The translations under genes were made by a program, and so were the position numbers. 64,000 nucleotides of DNA from Plasmodiophora brassicae (lineage: Eukaryota), in contig CP145416.1 in the NCBI GenBank assembly GCA_036867785.1, positions 1 to 64,000 on the forward strand. Direction: 5' to 3'. The notes beneath the pieces are model-generated. The model searched no databases, was not told the DNA's origin, and was given only the letters and a program-made list of their open reading frames with translations. Positions 22,027-34,100 of this stretch are shown here, in pieces; within the stretch, counting starts at the first letter, position 1; the number at the start of each line of letters is the position of its first letter.

Positions 22027-22904
22027 ATGCAATCGCCCAGCGCCGGCCCAGCGTCGTCGTCACCGACGGCCGACCCCCTGCCGGACCCGTTCGCCATATA
22101 CCAGTCGTCGCTCGATCCGCCCCACGTCGACGAGCGCTTCCAGCAACCAGCGGCGGTGCCACAGCCGCCCGACACGCCGCTGCCCATGCTGAACACGCCG
22201 AGGCACCCGGGCGAATTCCCGGTCGTCGACTACGACCCGACGCCATTCTCGGCCGTGACGCGCGTCGGCGCCGCCGCCGGCCAGGTCGCCCAGGACGCGT
22301 CCGACGAGGTCGCCCGGCGCCTGCAGGTGCGCCTGCACCATTTCGGCGCCGAGTTCCCGTCGTTCGCCGCGTCGCCGACGCTGACGCCGATGGTGTGGCA
22401 GCAGTCGCCGTACCAGTTCGACGGCATGGGCCCCGTGCGCGACATGGGCACTGACCCAGCGACACCGTACCGGGCGCGCAACGTCACCGGGTTCAAGCGC
22501 GCGGCGCCGACGGCCACGACGCCGCCGGCGGATGCCGATGCTCGACGGAAGAAGCAGCGGTCGCGGTTGCCGCCCGCCGCCATCGCCATCATGCAGAACT
22601 GGTTCATGGACCACCTCGGCAAGCCGTACCCGACCGACGAGGAGAAGAAGGTTATCGCCGAGCAGACCAACCTGAGCGTCGCCCAGGTGGTCAACTGTAA
22701 GCGGAGCGGGGCCCAGCGCGTGTTGCAACCGGCGTGCTGACGACAGCGTGTGTGCGCCTAGGGTTCACGAACACGCGCAAGCGACTATGGATCCCGAACC
22801 GGGAGCGCTTCGTGGCGCAGGCGCAGCGCATGCAGCAGCGGGAGGCGGCGGCATCGGGTGACGACACGCCGTTAGATACGACGATCGCATCCGGGTCCAT
22901 ATGA
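22027..22904 (+). CDS. TALE-class homeodomain transcription factor
   Basis: RSRLPPAAIAIMQNWFMDHLGKPYPTDEEK...LSVAQVVN | WFTNTRKR contains the PYP loop. An intron at ~22697-22761 splits the Trp codon. A possible upstream exon ends at 21941. Confidence 0.92.
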
Positions 22905-23031
22905 TGACCGCGATCTAGACGACATAGTAGACCGAGATTAAACATGGGGCCGATATATATGATTGGTATCATCATCATCGTTGGTTTCATGTGTTCGACG
23001 TCTCCGCGCGCGTGACCGCCTCGCCGGGCGC

Positions 23032-23729
23032 CTACGACCTCGGCAGCGGGTTGATCTGGTTGTGGATGCGCAGGGCGCGCTGGTAGTGCAGCGTGCACAG
23101 GTCGTGGTTCGCCGACGGGTTCGTGCAACCTGTCACGATCTAGTCTGGGCGGTCAGCGCAGGCGCGTCGTTCCCGCCATTGGCCCATACGCATTGCGATG
23201 CCGGAAGCGCGATGGTCAGCGGGTCGTCGGCGATGGACGCGCTCCTGCTGTGCGGGATTGGCGGCACCTTAAGCATCGGAGCCATGACCTTGCTGGTCTG
23301 CGGCATGCCCGTGTTGCGGCGCTGGGACAGCTCCATCAGCATGGGGTTGTCGCGCGCCAGCCGGATCGTCGGACGCCGCACGATGGCCTGGCCGTGCCCG
23401 TGGCTGCTGGGCGATGTGGCCACGAACAGGACCTGGCCGTTGTCCAGGACGGGGTGCGACGGCGTCGGCGGCGCCGCCGCATCGTCGCCGCCTCGCTTGT
23501 CCATCACATCCAGCATGCGCATGTACTGCATCGCTTTCGCCTTGTTGTCCTTATGCTCGCCCGGCATCGGCGTCTTGCGACGCAGGCGCAGGGCGGAGGC
23601 CGCTGGCCCGAACGGCGCATCCGCCGCCGGTCCCGCTGGCGCATTGATCTCCAGCGCCAACTTGGACGACGACGTCGCGTCGTCAACCAGCAGGTGATGC
23701 GAACGGGGAGCGACGTTGCTCGCGATCAT
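23032..23729 (-). CDS. Hypothetical protein with C-terminal Cx4Cx9Cx2H putative zinc finger
   Basis: Removing intron 23140-23189 gives CIVTGCTNPSANHDLCTLHY and a stop at 23032. Confidence 0.6.
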
Positions 23730-24434
23730 GGCGGGCGTCCAGTAGACTGCAGATATCTGTGGATTGCTAGCTCGTACCTGAAGATTCGACCTTTTAAGAG
23801 GTACCCGTCGAATGGTCCAATCCTGTACGGCGCAAGTCCGTGGCTGCAGTCGACGTGCACTGCACGTGCACTGCGCGTCTGCACCACGGGCGGCGAGCGG
23901 CCACATCGGAACGCCCAGCGACTGCGCCGTCACTGCTACGGCGTCAGCCTGGTATTCGATCTCAGGGGCGCGTGGAGTCGGGTGTCACGCGCGATCGTAT
24001 TGCAGGATGAGTTTGACGTGCGTCCGCCTGGCGACGTCCGGTGCGTTGCTCGTGCTCTGTCCCGGAGCGAACGACGGCGAACGTCGGTTGGATTTCAGGG
24101 GTCCGGCAGATCGAGGTGCGCTGGGTACAGGCGCGGGAAACATCACCATCGGCGCAAAGACGCAGAGAATTCGTGTCTGCCAGAACGGCGGTACGTAGTC
24201 CCGTTGCGTGTCCCTACCCTGGCGGGAACAAACGGCTAGCCTTCATGCATGAAGGTTCCAGAACCGGGCACCGGTCTGAAACGATGCACAATCTGCAGCA
24301 CGAGTAGATGGTTATTGGCGTCACAAATCGCGAGCTTCTGAACGAGTATGTAACTAAATCTGGTCTTCGGCTAGCATTGTTCCGCTGACGGCGTCACGGC
24401 GGTTACCCGCGTCCCTGTCAGCGAGTTCATGAGC

Positions 24435-24477
24435 GGTCAACCGGTCAGACCAGTGGTCAACCGGTCAGACCAGTGGT
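24435..24477. repeat. 20-bp direct tandem duplication
   Basis: GGTCAACCGGTCAGACCAGT twice. Confidence 0.9.
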
Positions 24478-24516
24478 TCCCGCTGAGATTCGAACCGTGT
24501 CGAAACGCGTTTATGA

Positions 24517-24765
24517 TGAGTCAGGTGATGCGCGCGCACACGGTGACTCATGTGGGCGCTAGCGCTCGCGCTCTCTGTGGGCCTCCAGATGCGCACACCC
24601 GCACCTGGTGAGTCACGATCAGCGCAGCTTACTGTTCACCTCATGCCGCACCCAGTTCATTATACATTTCGTCGCGACAAGGTAACAGGTCGCTGATCCA
24701 AAGTCCTGGTCGATGTCTGACGGCGGCGCAGGTCCTAATTTAATTTAACTTCAGCTCTATATATT
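24517..24765 (+). promoter_or_regulatory. GH114 gene 1 upstream region with three TGA(C/G)TCA (AP-1/Gcn4-type) motifs and a TATA-like element
   Basis: TGAGTCA at 24517, TGACTCA at 24544, TGAGTCA at 24609; ATTATAC at ~24659. Conserved in the paralogous upstream region. Confidence 0.5.
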
Positions 24766-27404
24766 ATGGCCAACATTTCTATCATGAGCATTGCAAGAGC
24801 GCTGACGATTGCAGCAGCAGCCCTGTACGGGTTCGCCCACGTCGAAGCGGCCTGGACACGCCCGCAAGTCGGCATGGCATGGCAGGTATGTGATTGTCTT
24901 CTAGTACCGGATCGGCCGTACACGACTGACACTCGGATGGTCTGCTTATTTAGTGGGAGCTGACGTCCGAGGGAGTCCCCGATGTCACAACGCCAAATGT
25001 TCCTGTCTGGGACATTGACCCTGAAGCACTGGATGTGGGAGAGATCCCCACGCTGATGAACGCATTGCACGCCAACGACAGATACATCATCTGCTACGTG
25101 AACGGTACTTATCTGCTATCACATTCAAGTGTGTACTCGCCTGACTCGAGGCATGCCCATGGCCAGTCGGATCCCTGGAACCGGATCGGATGGATGTGAA
25201 CGCGTTCAAATCCGTCAGCCCAACGATCATTGGCGACAAGTACCCGGGTTGGGATGAGCAGTTCCTCGACATTCGCAGAAGCGAGACGCGGTCGCTGATG
25301 AAGGCGCGGTTCCAGCGCATGGCGTCGTACGGGTGCCATGGTATCGAGCCCGACAACCTGGATACCTATTTGCAGATTACCGGATTCAGTCTGAGCCCTG
25401 CGGACGCTCTGGACTACATGAACTGGATCGCGAGCACCGTGCACGGCCTGGGCATGGCTGTGGGCCTGAAGAACTGCGGCGACCTGATCGCAAAGAACAA
25501 TCTGGCTGACGTGTTCGACTACGCCATTGTCGAGAACTGTGCCGCCAAGGGCAACTGCCCGGATTTCGCTCCGTTCATTCAGGCGGGCAAGCCGGTGTTC
25601 GCCGCCGAGTACACGGACGCTGGTGCGGGAGGGTGCAACCCGACAATCTCGTCAGTGCCGGCTGCGTGTGCTGTCACGAACGCGCAGAACCTGGAGGCCA
25701 TCATTAAGTCCTGCAACCTGGGCCCGGAATGGCAAGCCTGCCAGACGTACAGCAATACCGGGTACCGATCCGTTGCGACGACGACACCATACGCAACACC
25801 AACGCCGTCCCCCACACCCCTGCCAACACCAGCTGCACCGTCGCCAACTCCTGCAGCGACTCAGGCACCGACTCCGGCACCGACCCCCAAACCGACGGCG
25901 GCACCAACTCCGGTACCAACATCGGCACCGACTCCCAAACCGACTGCGACTCCGACTCCCAAACCGACACCAGCACCAACTCCCAAACCAACGCCGGCAC
26001 CGACTCCCAAACCGACCCCGGCACCCACTCCGGCACCGACGTCGGCACCGACTCCCAAACCGACACAGGTACCGACTCCGGCACCGACGTCGACACCAAC
26101 ACCCAAACCAACCCCGGCGCCGACTCCCAAGCCACCAACCCCGGCACCGACTCCAGCACCGACACCTGTGCCAGCGTCAGCGTCATGGACACGACCACAG
26201 GTCGGCGCGGGTTGGCAGGTATGTACAGGGCATTTCGCGAACTTTGACGGCACATAACTGACCATGCGCTGACGTCTGCTTAGTTGGAGCTGTCCTTCAG
26301 CGACATCCCAGACGTGACGACCCCGGACGTTCCCGTCTGGGACATCGACCCGGAGCAACTGGACCAGGACCAGATCCCGGCGCTGATGGACGCATTGCGC
26401 TCCAGCAACCGGTACATCATCTGCTACGTCAACGGTACGTCTCTCCTGTTTAACTTCCGATGCGGGCACCCTAACACGACCCATGGTGATCATCGACAGT
26501 CGGCTCCCTGGATGCGTCAGCTGTCGATGCAGGTGCGTTCCAGGACATCGAGCCCTCGATCGTCGGGAACCCGTATCCGAATTGGCCAGCGGAATCGTTC
26601 TTGGACATTCGCAGGGAGGAGACGCGATCGCTGATGAAGGCGCGGTTCCAGCGCATGGCGTCGTACGGGTGCCAGGGCATTGACGCCGACAACGTGGACA
26701 GCTACTCGTACAAGACTGGATTGGGCCTGGACGTTTCCGACGCTCTGGACTACATGAACTGGATCGTCGACACGGTGCACGGCCTGGGCATGTCTATCGG
26801 CCTGAAGAACAGCGCCGACCTGGTCGCGCCGAACCACCTGGCTGCCTCGTTCGACTTCGCCGTCGTTGAGGCGTGCGCGGAAACGGGCGACTGCCCGAAG
26901 TTCGATCCGTTCATCCAGGCCGGCAAGCCCGTCTTCGCCGTCGAGTACACGAACAGCGGCCGGTCGGGTGGGTGCGACCCAAAGGTCTCGTCGGTGGCAC
27001 ACGCGTGCGCTGTGACGAACGCGCACGATTTCGAAGGCATCATCAAGTCGTGTGATCTGCGCGCTGAATGGACGTCCTGCCAATCGTACGACGGATCCGG
27101 GTACCGATCCGTCTCGACGCCGGTAACTTTCCCGACGGACGTTCCTGCGACGGCAACGCCGCCTCCGACACCCGTGCCAACAACAGCGACACAGTCGCCA
27201 ACCCGCACGGCCACTCCGGCACCGACTCCCAAACCGACGTCGGCATCGACTCCTGTGCCCACCTCGGCACCGACTCCCAAACCTACCCCTTACCCAACGC
27301 CGGCACCGACACCTGTTCCGACACAGGCAACACCGACGCCTACTCCCGCACCTTACGGTGGCGGCGGGGGTTGGCGCTCCTGGAATCGACGCGGCCAATA
27401 CTGA
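24766..27404 (+). CDS. Secreted glycoside hydrolase family 114 (endo-alpha-1,4-galactosaminidase-like), two catalytic domains with Pro/Thr-rich linkers
   Basis: Signal peptide. Each domain shows WQ|WEL, WDID, IICYVN|VGS, FLDIR, G(C)xGIxxDNxD, GLKN, FDxAxVE.C and GKPVFAxEY, with two introns per domain at the same positions. Confidence 0.9.
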
Positions 27405-28084
27405 GCATCATCTGCGAAGAGCCCCCGATGGGTTGGCCGGGCCAACGTTCAGGGTAGCTGCGTTAACGCTCTAACGTTATAAAACGAGACAAAGAATTCC
27501 GTGACGAGATGCTTCCTGTTCCTCGGTCGCCATCAGTAACGGTAGAAGCCACTACCATCTCAACTGAATCTACAAGTGACGTATACGGCGCCCGCCACTA
27601 AACCACACTGCATGCTCGTACCCTCTTCGTCCAGCAAATGCCTGAGCTGCTGGGCAACGACGCGACCGTCCTATAAATCCTCTTGCAGACGTACATGCTG
27701 TAACGCGCGGGACAGTAGTACTGCCGGTTGTCGCCGGTGGCAAAATGCCTGCTCATCGCAGCGTCGGCGACGCCGACCCGACGTGCATGACGTATAGATC
27801 TTCTCCTGTCGTCAGTGTACCCTCGTGACAAACACAACGAAGGCCGACGGTACCTGGCGAGTTTTGTGCGGATCGATCAATGGACAACCGTCGCGATCAC
27901 GCTCGCCATTGCGGTCAATCGTGCATGATGTCAAGTGCGAACTGGTAAACCATTTGAGTAGACCTGTGCCGGAACGTCTGTAGTATTGGAATCGTACACC
28001 ACGTACCAGCCATTCTCATCGTGGTATCGGTAGACGGAATGGATGCCTTCTCGTCTTAACTTTCTAAACGATGGTCGTTGGACG

Positions 28085-28760
28085 TCATGGCTCCAACGAG
28101 ATCTCCTCTATGCGTCCACTCTGGTCCAAATTATAACGTATGTGCAGCCAAAAGTAAGGCCTTGTAGAAGGCGCCGTCGTAGAGTTCTCGAGTCGCTGGA
28201 GAACGACCTGGTTCACCAGCGAGATCATCGTCTGCGCCAGATCATGGGGATCGGAACATGCGCCTGCAGTAGTTGTTCCAGTTGCTGGAACGCCGGCGTT
28301 ACTGGCATATCGCGCTCTGCCAGCGAAACGAACTGCATCAGGGACACGGACGCCGGATCGACCCGGAGCTGTCGCGACGTACATCGATGCCAACCCGGGT
28401 ATCGAGCTCGACTGCGGCGGGCACCTGTTATCGAGAGCGATCCGCCGATCGTTGCGCAGGTTCTCCAGGAAGATCGGCTCCCACTTGGGCGTCAACGCCA
28501 ACACGTGGCTGTTCGTCCTGCGCGCCCGGGCCAGCAGAGCTTTCGAATCGCGGTAATACAATTCCGCGTTCTTCAGCGTCTTGTGGCGCGCCGCTTGCCT
28601 GATGTGATCGAGGTCGCCACCACCCCAGATGGCGAACAGGTACGCCGTCTTGCGCATCGAGTGCGGGCCGTACCGGTGCATCGTGTCGTCGCCGACGACA
28701 GGCCTGCAAACACGAACGAACTCGGCGTTATTGTAGTCGCGTATCGGCGGTCAAGTGCAT
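28085..28760 (-). mobile_element. Tyrosine-recombinase C-terminal fragment (Crypton-like DNA transposon relic)
   Basis: GPHSMRKTAYLFAIWGGGDLDHIRQAARHKTLKNAELY shows HxxR...H...Y catalytic spacing. The N-terminal catalytic Arg region was not found. Confidence 0.72.
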
Positions 28761-29116
28761 TGCTGGTCAACTTATATTAAAGACGCTTCCGTAGCAAAGA
28801 CATCCCGGCATCTTCCCATATGTCACGGAATGGCCATCGCATTGTGCTGCGACATGAGCACCCTTGTGGTCGGCAAGGCGCGGTACTGGTCCGCAGTACG
28901 TAATCGGCCTCAATGACACGCTCGGCAAGCAGCGCGCTCTGACGCTGGATCTTGATAGTTCCAGCGCCTGCAGCGACCGACACACCTGGTCCCGCATCGT
29001 CCTCTTCATCGCCGCCGACCGGTCTGCGGTCGCCATCGGACCCGACTGTGCTAAAATAGTGGCGATCGAGAACCCCGCGCACGCGACGGGATTCCTCTGT
29101 TGACGCTTCACGGGCT

Positions 29117-30182
29117 ATGGGACGCCCGTCGTGGATGATCATTGCTCTGCCGATCGTGATCGAGTTCATGTGGGGTGCAGCGTCATTGAAGGGGACCCGC
29201 CCTTACCGTTTCGACAGCGCAGCGCCGGCCTCATGGTCGTGTGTGCTGGAGGATTGGCTGTACCTAGGCGATGGGCGCTCGTCGCGCAACTTCGACGAGC
29301 TGCGGATGCGGCGCGTCACGCACGTCGTGAACGCCGCTGCCGTGGAGATGCGGCCGCTGTTCGAGGATAAGGGCATCGCGTATCTGAATCTGCGGATAGT
29401 CGACAAACCGTCACACCGGATCTCGCAGCACTTTGACGAGGCTATCGCCTTCATGGAGCACGCCAGATCCGTCAATGGCACCGTGTTGGTCCACTGCGCG
29501 GCAGGTCGTCAGTATCGTTTCGCTATGTGCACTGTCCTTGTTGCTAATCGAGATGCATTCAGGAGTTAGCCGGTCGGCGACCATCGTGCTTGCGTATCTT
29601 GTGTCCCATGGCTGGTCGTTAGCATCGGCAATCGTGCATTTACGTCTTATCCGGCCTCAAGTCTGGCCCAATCGTGGGTTCCAGGAACAACTGATCGACT
29701 TCGCACAACAATACCGCAATGCTACGTTGCAAGCGGGCTTCGTGCCTGTCCGATTCAACTCTCTGTTCCATTTCATGACTTTCGTAACCGATCCGTTCTG
29801 GGCGATGCCTGCGCCGTTCGTCCACCTGATCCCCGCAATGTTCGCCTCCGTGCCGCTGCCTCAGCAGGATTTACCTGAACTGGCCGACGCTCTTCTCGCA
29901 TGGACCGTCAACCCTGGCAAAGCCTGCTTCTACGCCGGTCGCGTGTTTCGGGCGCTTCTACTTAATGATGCCATAACGTACAGCGACTTGACCTTGTTCT
30001 TCTCTGGGGTATCGTCTGATATCCAGTACGACGTCCCACGGTTCCGCGAACATCTTGACTTGTTTGTCAAGGCACTCGCCAGTGACGAGTTCGACTCGGT
30101 CTTCGGTGGGTCTTGCCCGGACAAGATCGCAGGTATTGATACGTATTTATCAACTACTTGCAACTGGACGCATCGTACATAA
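29117..30182 (+). CDS. Dual-specificity protein phosphatase with hydrophobic N-terminus
   Basis: LYLGD, VTHVVNAA and VLVHCAAG|VSRSATIVLAYL (HCx5R), followed by RPQVWPNRGFQEQL. Intron 29505-29562. Confidence 0.93.
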
Positions 30183-30357
30183 CGCAAGACGCTGTTTTGT
30201 CGGAAGTGCCCCGAATGGTTTGATTGTCCAGTCGATGTCAGCTTGCATTGACAGGTGACAACGCTTGTACCCCTTCGTTTCAGAAAAGGAATAATGTGTG
30301 AAACATCGAAAGATTAAGTTCATTTTTAGAGACGTATGGTATTGAAACATAGGTTCT

Positions 30358-30616
30358 ATTCGTGCCCGGGATGCGGTTCGTCATCCAGGACGCCACAGCG
30401 TTCGCGTCGGCTCCCGCGTAGGACGCGGGTGGGAACGGGAGGTTATATGGCTGGACCTGAAGGCGCATGAGCTTGCAGGGCGCGTCGTCGGCGTTCCAAG
30501 TATGCAGCTCGAGCGCTTGCAGCAGGGCATCTTGCCGATCGGGCAGGCGTGGGCGCTTCGGGGGCGGCCGGATTCGACGTCGGCGAGTTCATCTCGGCTA
30601 CGTTGCGCGCGCGTCT
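30358..30616 (-). pseudogene. Frameshifted relic of the same LINE family (ORF2 post-RT region)
   Basis: Encodes ELADVESGRP / KRPRLPDRQDALLQALELHTW...MRLQVQPYNLPFP...VASWMTNRIPG, matching ORF2 at ~6478-6740. Confidence 0.92.
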
Positions 30617-30639
30617 GTTCCAAAACTTGAGGCGAAATT

Positions 30640-30880
30640 CCAGGTCTGGGTGATATTTCCCAGATTCTGGGTGTTGTCTTCCAAACTCTAGGTGCTATGT
30701 CCCAAGGTCTGGGTGATATTCCCGAGAAACCAAACCCACCCTAGGTGCTGTGTCCCAAACCCTAGGTGCTCATGAGTTCCAATGAGGGTGAGACTTACCA
30801 TATTCTAGGTGCTGGGTCCAAAGTCTGGGTGTCGGTCCAAAGTCTGGGTGACAATGTCCAATTTTGAAGGTGCTCGGACC
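30640..30880. repeat. Degenerate ~20-21-bp minisatellite (core TCTGGGTG/CTAGGTG...TCC)
   Basis: TCTGGGTG at ~30646, 30666, 30708, 30823 and 30843; CTAGGTGCT at ~30688, 30741, 30762 and 30805. Confidence 0.75.
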
Positions 30881-30904
30881 CTTCCCTCTCGCAACGCACG
30901 ATAG

Positions 30905-31183
30905 TGAGTCAGGTGATTCGCGCACACAGGTGACTCATGTGGAGGGCGCGCAAATGGTGAGTCACTCTATGCGCTCGCGCTCTAGGTGGGCCTCGTGATG
31001 CGCACACGCGCACCTGGTGAGTCACGCATCAGCGCCTGCGCTTCTTGTTCACCTCATGCCGCATCCAATTCATTATATATTGTCGCAACAAGGTAAAAGG
31101 TCGCTCATCCGCACCCCTCGTCGATGTCTGACTGCAGCGCAGGTCCTCATTAATTTAACTTAAGCTTTCTATATATTATTATT
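30905..31183 (+). promoter_or_regulatory. GH114 gene 2 upstream region with four TGA(C/G)TCA motifs and a TATA-like element
   Basis: TGAGTCA at 30905, TGACTCA at 30931, TGAGTCA at 30958 and 31018; TTATATA at ~31073. Paralogous to 24517-24765. Confidence 0.5.
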
Positions 31184-34100
31184 ATGGCCAGCACTTCTAT
31201 CATGAGCATCGCAAGAGCGCTGACGATTGCAACAGCAGCCTTGTACGGGTTAGCCCACGTCGACGGGGCTTGGACACGCCCGCAGGTCGGCATGGCATGG
31301 CAGGTACGTGAAAGTCTTCTACTATCAGTTCGGCCGTACACGACTGACACTCGGATGGTCTGCTTATTTAGTGGGAGCTGACGTCCGAGGGAGTCCCCGA
31401 TGTCACGACACCAAATGTTCCTGTCTGGGACATTGACCCTGAAGCACTGGATGTGGGAGAGATCCCCGCACTGATGAACGCATTGCACGCCAACGACAGA
31501 TACATCATCTGCTACGTGAACGGTACGTATCTGCTGTCGCTTCCACGTGTGTACCCGTCTGACTCGAGGCGTGCCCATGGCCAGTCGGGTCGCTGGAACC
31601 GGATCGGATGGATGTGAACGCGTTCAAATCTGTCAGCCCAACGATCATTGGCAGCAAGTACCCCGGTTGGGATGAGCAGTTCCTCGACATTCGCAGAAGC
31701 GAGACGCGTTCGCTGATGAAGGCGCGGTTCCAGCGCATGGCGTCGTACGGGTGCCATGGTATCGAGCCCGACAACCTGGATACCTACTTGTCGGATACCG
31801 GATTCAGTCTGAGCCCTGCGGACGCTCTGGACTACATGAACTGGATCGCGAGCACCGTGCACGGCCTGGGCATGGCTGTGGGCCTGAAGAACTGCGGCGA
31901 CCTGACCGCGAAGAACAACCTGGCTGACGTGTTCGACTACGCCATTGTCGAGAACTGTGCCGCCAAGGGCAACTGCCCGGATTTCGCTCCGTTCATTCAG
32001 GCGGGCAAGCCGGTGTTCGCCGCCGAGTACACGGACGCTGGCGCGGGAGGGTGCAATCCGACCATTTCGTCAGTGCCGGCTGCGTGTGCTGTCACGAACG
32101 CGCAGAACCTGGAGGCCATCATTAAGTCGTGCAACCTGGGCCCGGAATGGCAAGCCTGCCAGACGTACAGCAATACCGGGTACCGATCCGTTGCGACGAC
32201 GACACCATACGCAACACCAACTCCGGTACCAACTCCCAGACAGACTGCTGCACCGACTCCCAAACCGACACAGGCACCAACTCCGGTACCAACATCGGCA
32301 CCGACCCCGAAACCGACTTCGGCTCCGACACCCAAACCCTCAACGGCACCAACTCCCAAACCAACGCCGGCACCGACTCCCAAACCGACTCCGGCACCCA
32401 CTCCGGCACCAACGTCGGCACCGACGCCCAAACCAACGCCGGCACCGACTCCCAAGCCACCGACGCTGGCACCGACTCCAACGCCGACGCCTGCGCCAGC
32501 GTCAGCGTCCTGGGCACGGCCGCAGGTCGGAATGGGTTGGCAGGTATGTGAATGTCTTCTAATACCGGCTTGGCCGTACACGACTGACACTCGGAAACGA
32601 AATTTAGTGGGAGCTGACGCTCGAGGGAGTCCCAGATGTCACAACGCCAAATGTTCCCGTCTGGGACATTGACCTTGAAGCACTGGATGTGGGCCAGATC
32701 CCCACACTGTTGAACGCGTTGCACGCCAACGACAGATACATCATCTGCTACGTGAACGGTATGCGTCTGCCATTACTTCCACTTGTGTACCCGTCTGACT
32801 CGAGGCGTGCATGGCCAGTCGGGTCTCTGGAACCGGATCGGATGGATGTGAACGCGTTCAAATCTGTCAGCCCAACGATAATTGGCAACAAGTACCCGGG
32901 TTGGAATGAGCAATTCCTCGACATTCGCAGAAGCGAGACGCGGTCGCTGATGAAGGCGCGGTTCCAGCGCATGGCGTCGTACGGGTGCCATGGTATCGAA
33001 CCCGACAACCTGGATACCTACTCGTCGAATACCGGATTCAGCCTGAGCCCTGCGGACGCTCTGGACTACATGAACTGGATCGCGAGCACCGTGCACGGCC
33101 TGGGCATGGCTGTGGGCCTCAAGAACTGCGGCGACCTGATCGCGAAGAACAACCTGGCTGACGTGTTCGACTTCGCCGTTGTCGAGAACTGCGCGGAAAC
33201 GGGCGACTGTCCCATGTTCGCTCCGTTCATTCAGGCTGGCAAGCCGGTGTTCGCCGCCGAGTACACGGACGCTGGTGCGGGTGGGTGCAGCCCAACCATC
33301 TCGTCAGTAGCGGCCGCGTGTGCCGTTACGAACGCGCAGAACCTGGAAGCCATCATTAAGTCCTGCGACCTGGGCACGGAATGGCAAGCCTGTCAGACGT
33401 ACAGCAGTACCGGGTACCGATCCGTTGCGACGACGACACCATACGCAACACCAACTCCGGTACCAACTCCCAGACAGACTGCTGCACCGACTCCCAAACC
33501 GACACAGGCACCAACTCCGGTACCAACATCGGCACCGACCCCGAAACCGACTTCGGCTCCGACACCCAAACCGACAACGGCACCAACTCCCAAACCAACG
33601 CCGGCACCGACTCCCAAACCGACTCCGGCACCCACTCCGGCACCAACGTCGGCACCGACGCCCAAACCAACGCCGGCACCGACTCCCAAGCCACCGACGC
33701 TGGCACCGACTCCAACGCCGACGCCTGCGCCAGCGTCAGCGTCCTGGGCACGGCCGCAGGTCGGAATGGGTTGGCAGGTATGTGAATGTCTTCTAATACC
33801 GGCTTGGCCGTACACGACTGACACTCGGAAACGAAATTTAGTGGGAGCTGACGCTCGAGGGAGTCCCAGATGTCACAACGCCAAATGTTCCCGTCTGGGA
33901 CATTGACCTTGAAGCACTGGATGTGGGCCAGATCCCCACACTGTTGAACGCGTTGCACGCCAACGACAGATACATCATCTGCTACGTGAACGGTATGTGT
34001 CAGCCATCACTTCCACGTTTTTACCCGTCTGACTCGAGGCGTGCATGGCCAGTCGGGTCTCTGGAACCGGATCGGATGGATGTGAACGCGTTCAAATCTG

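Noticed and set aside
25790-26180. ACTCCCAAACC repeats resembling degenerate telomere sequence
   Set aside because: They are codons of the PTPKPT linkers in the GH114 genes.
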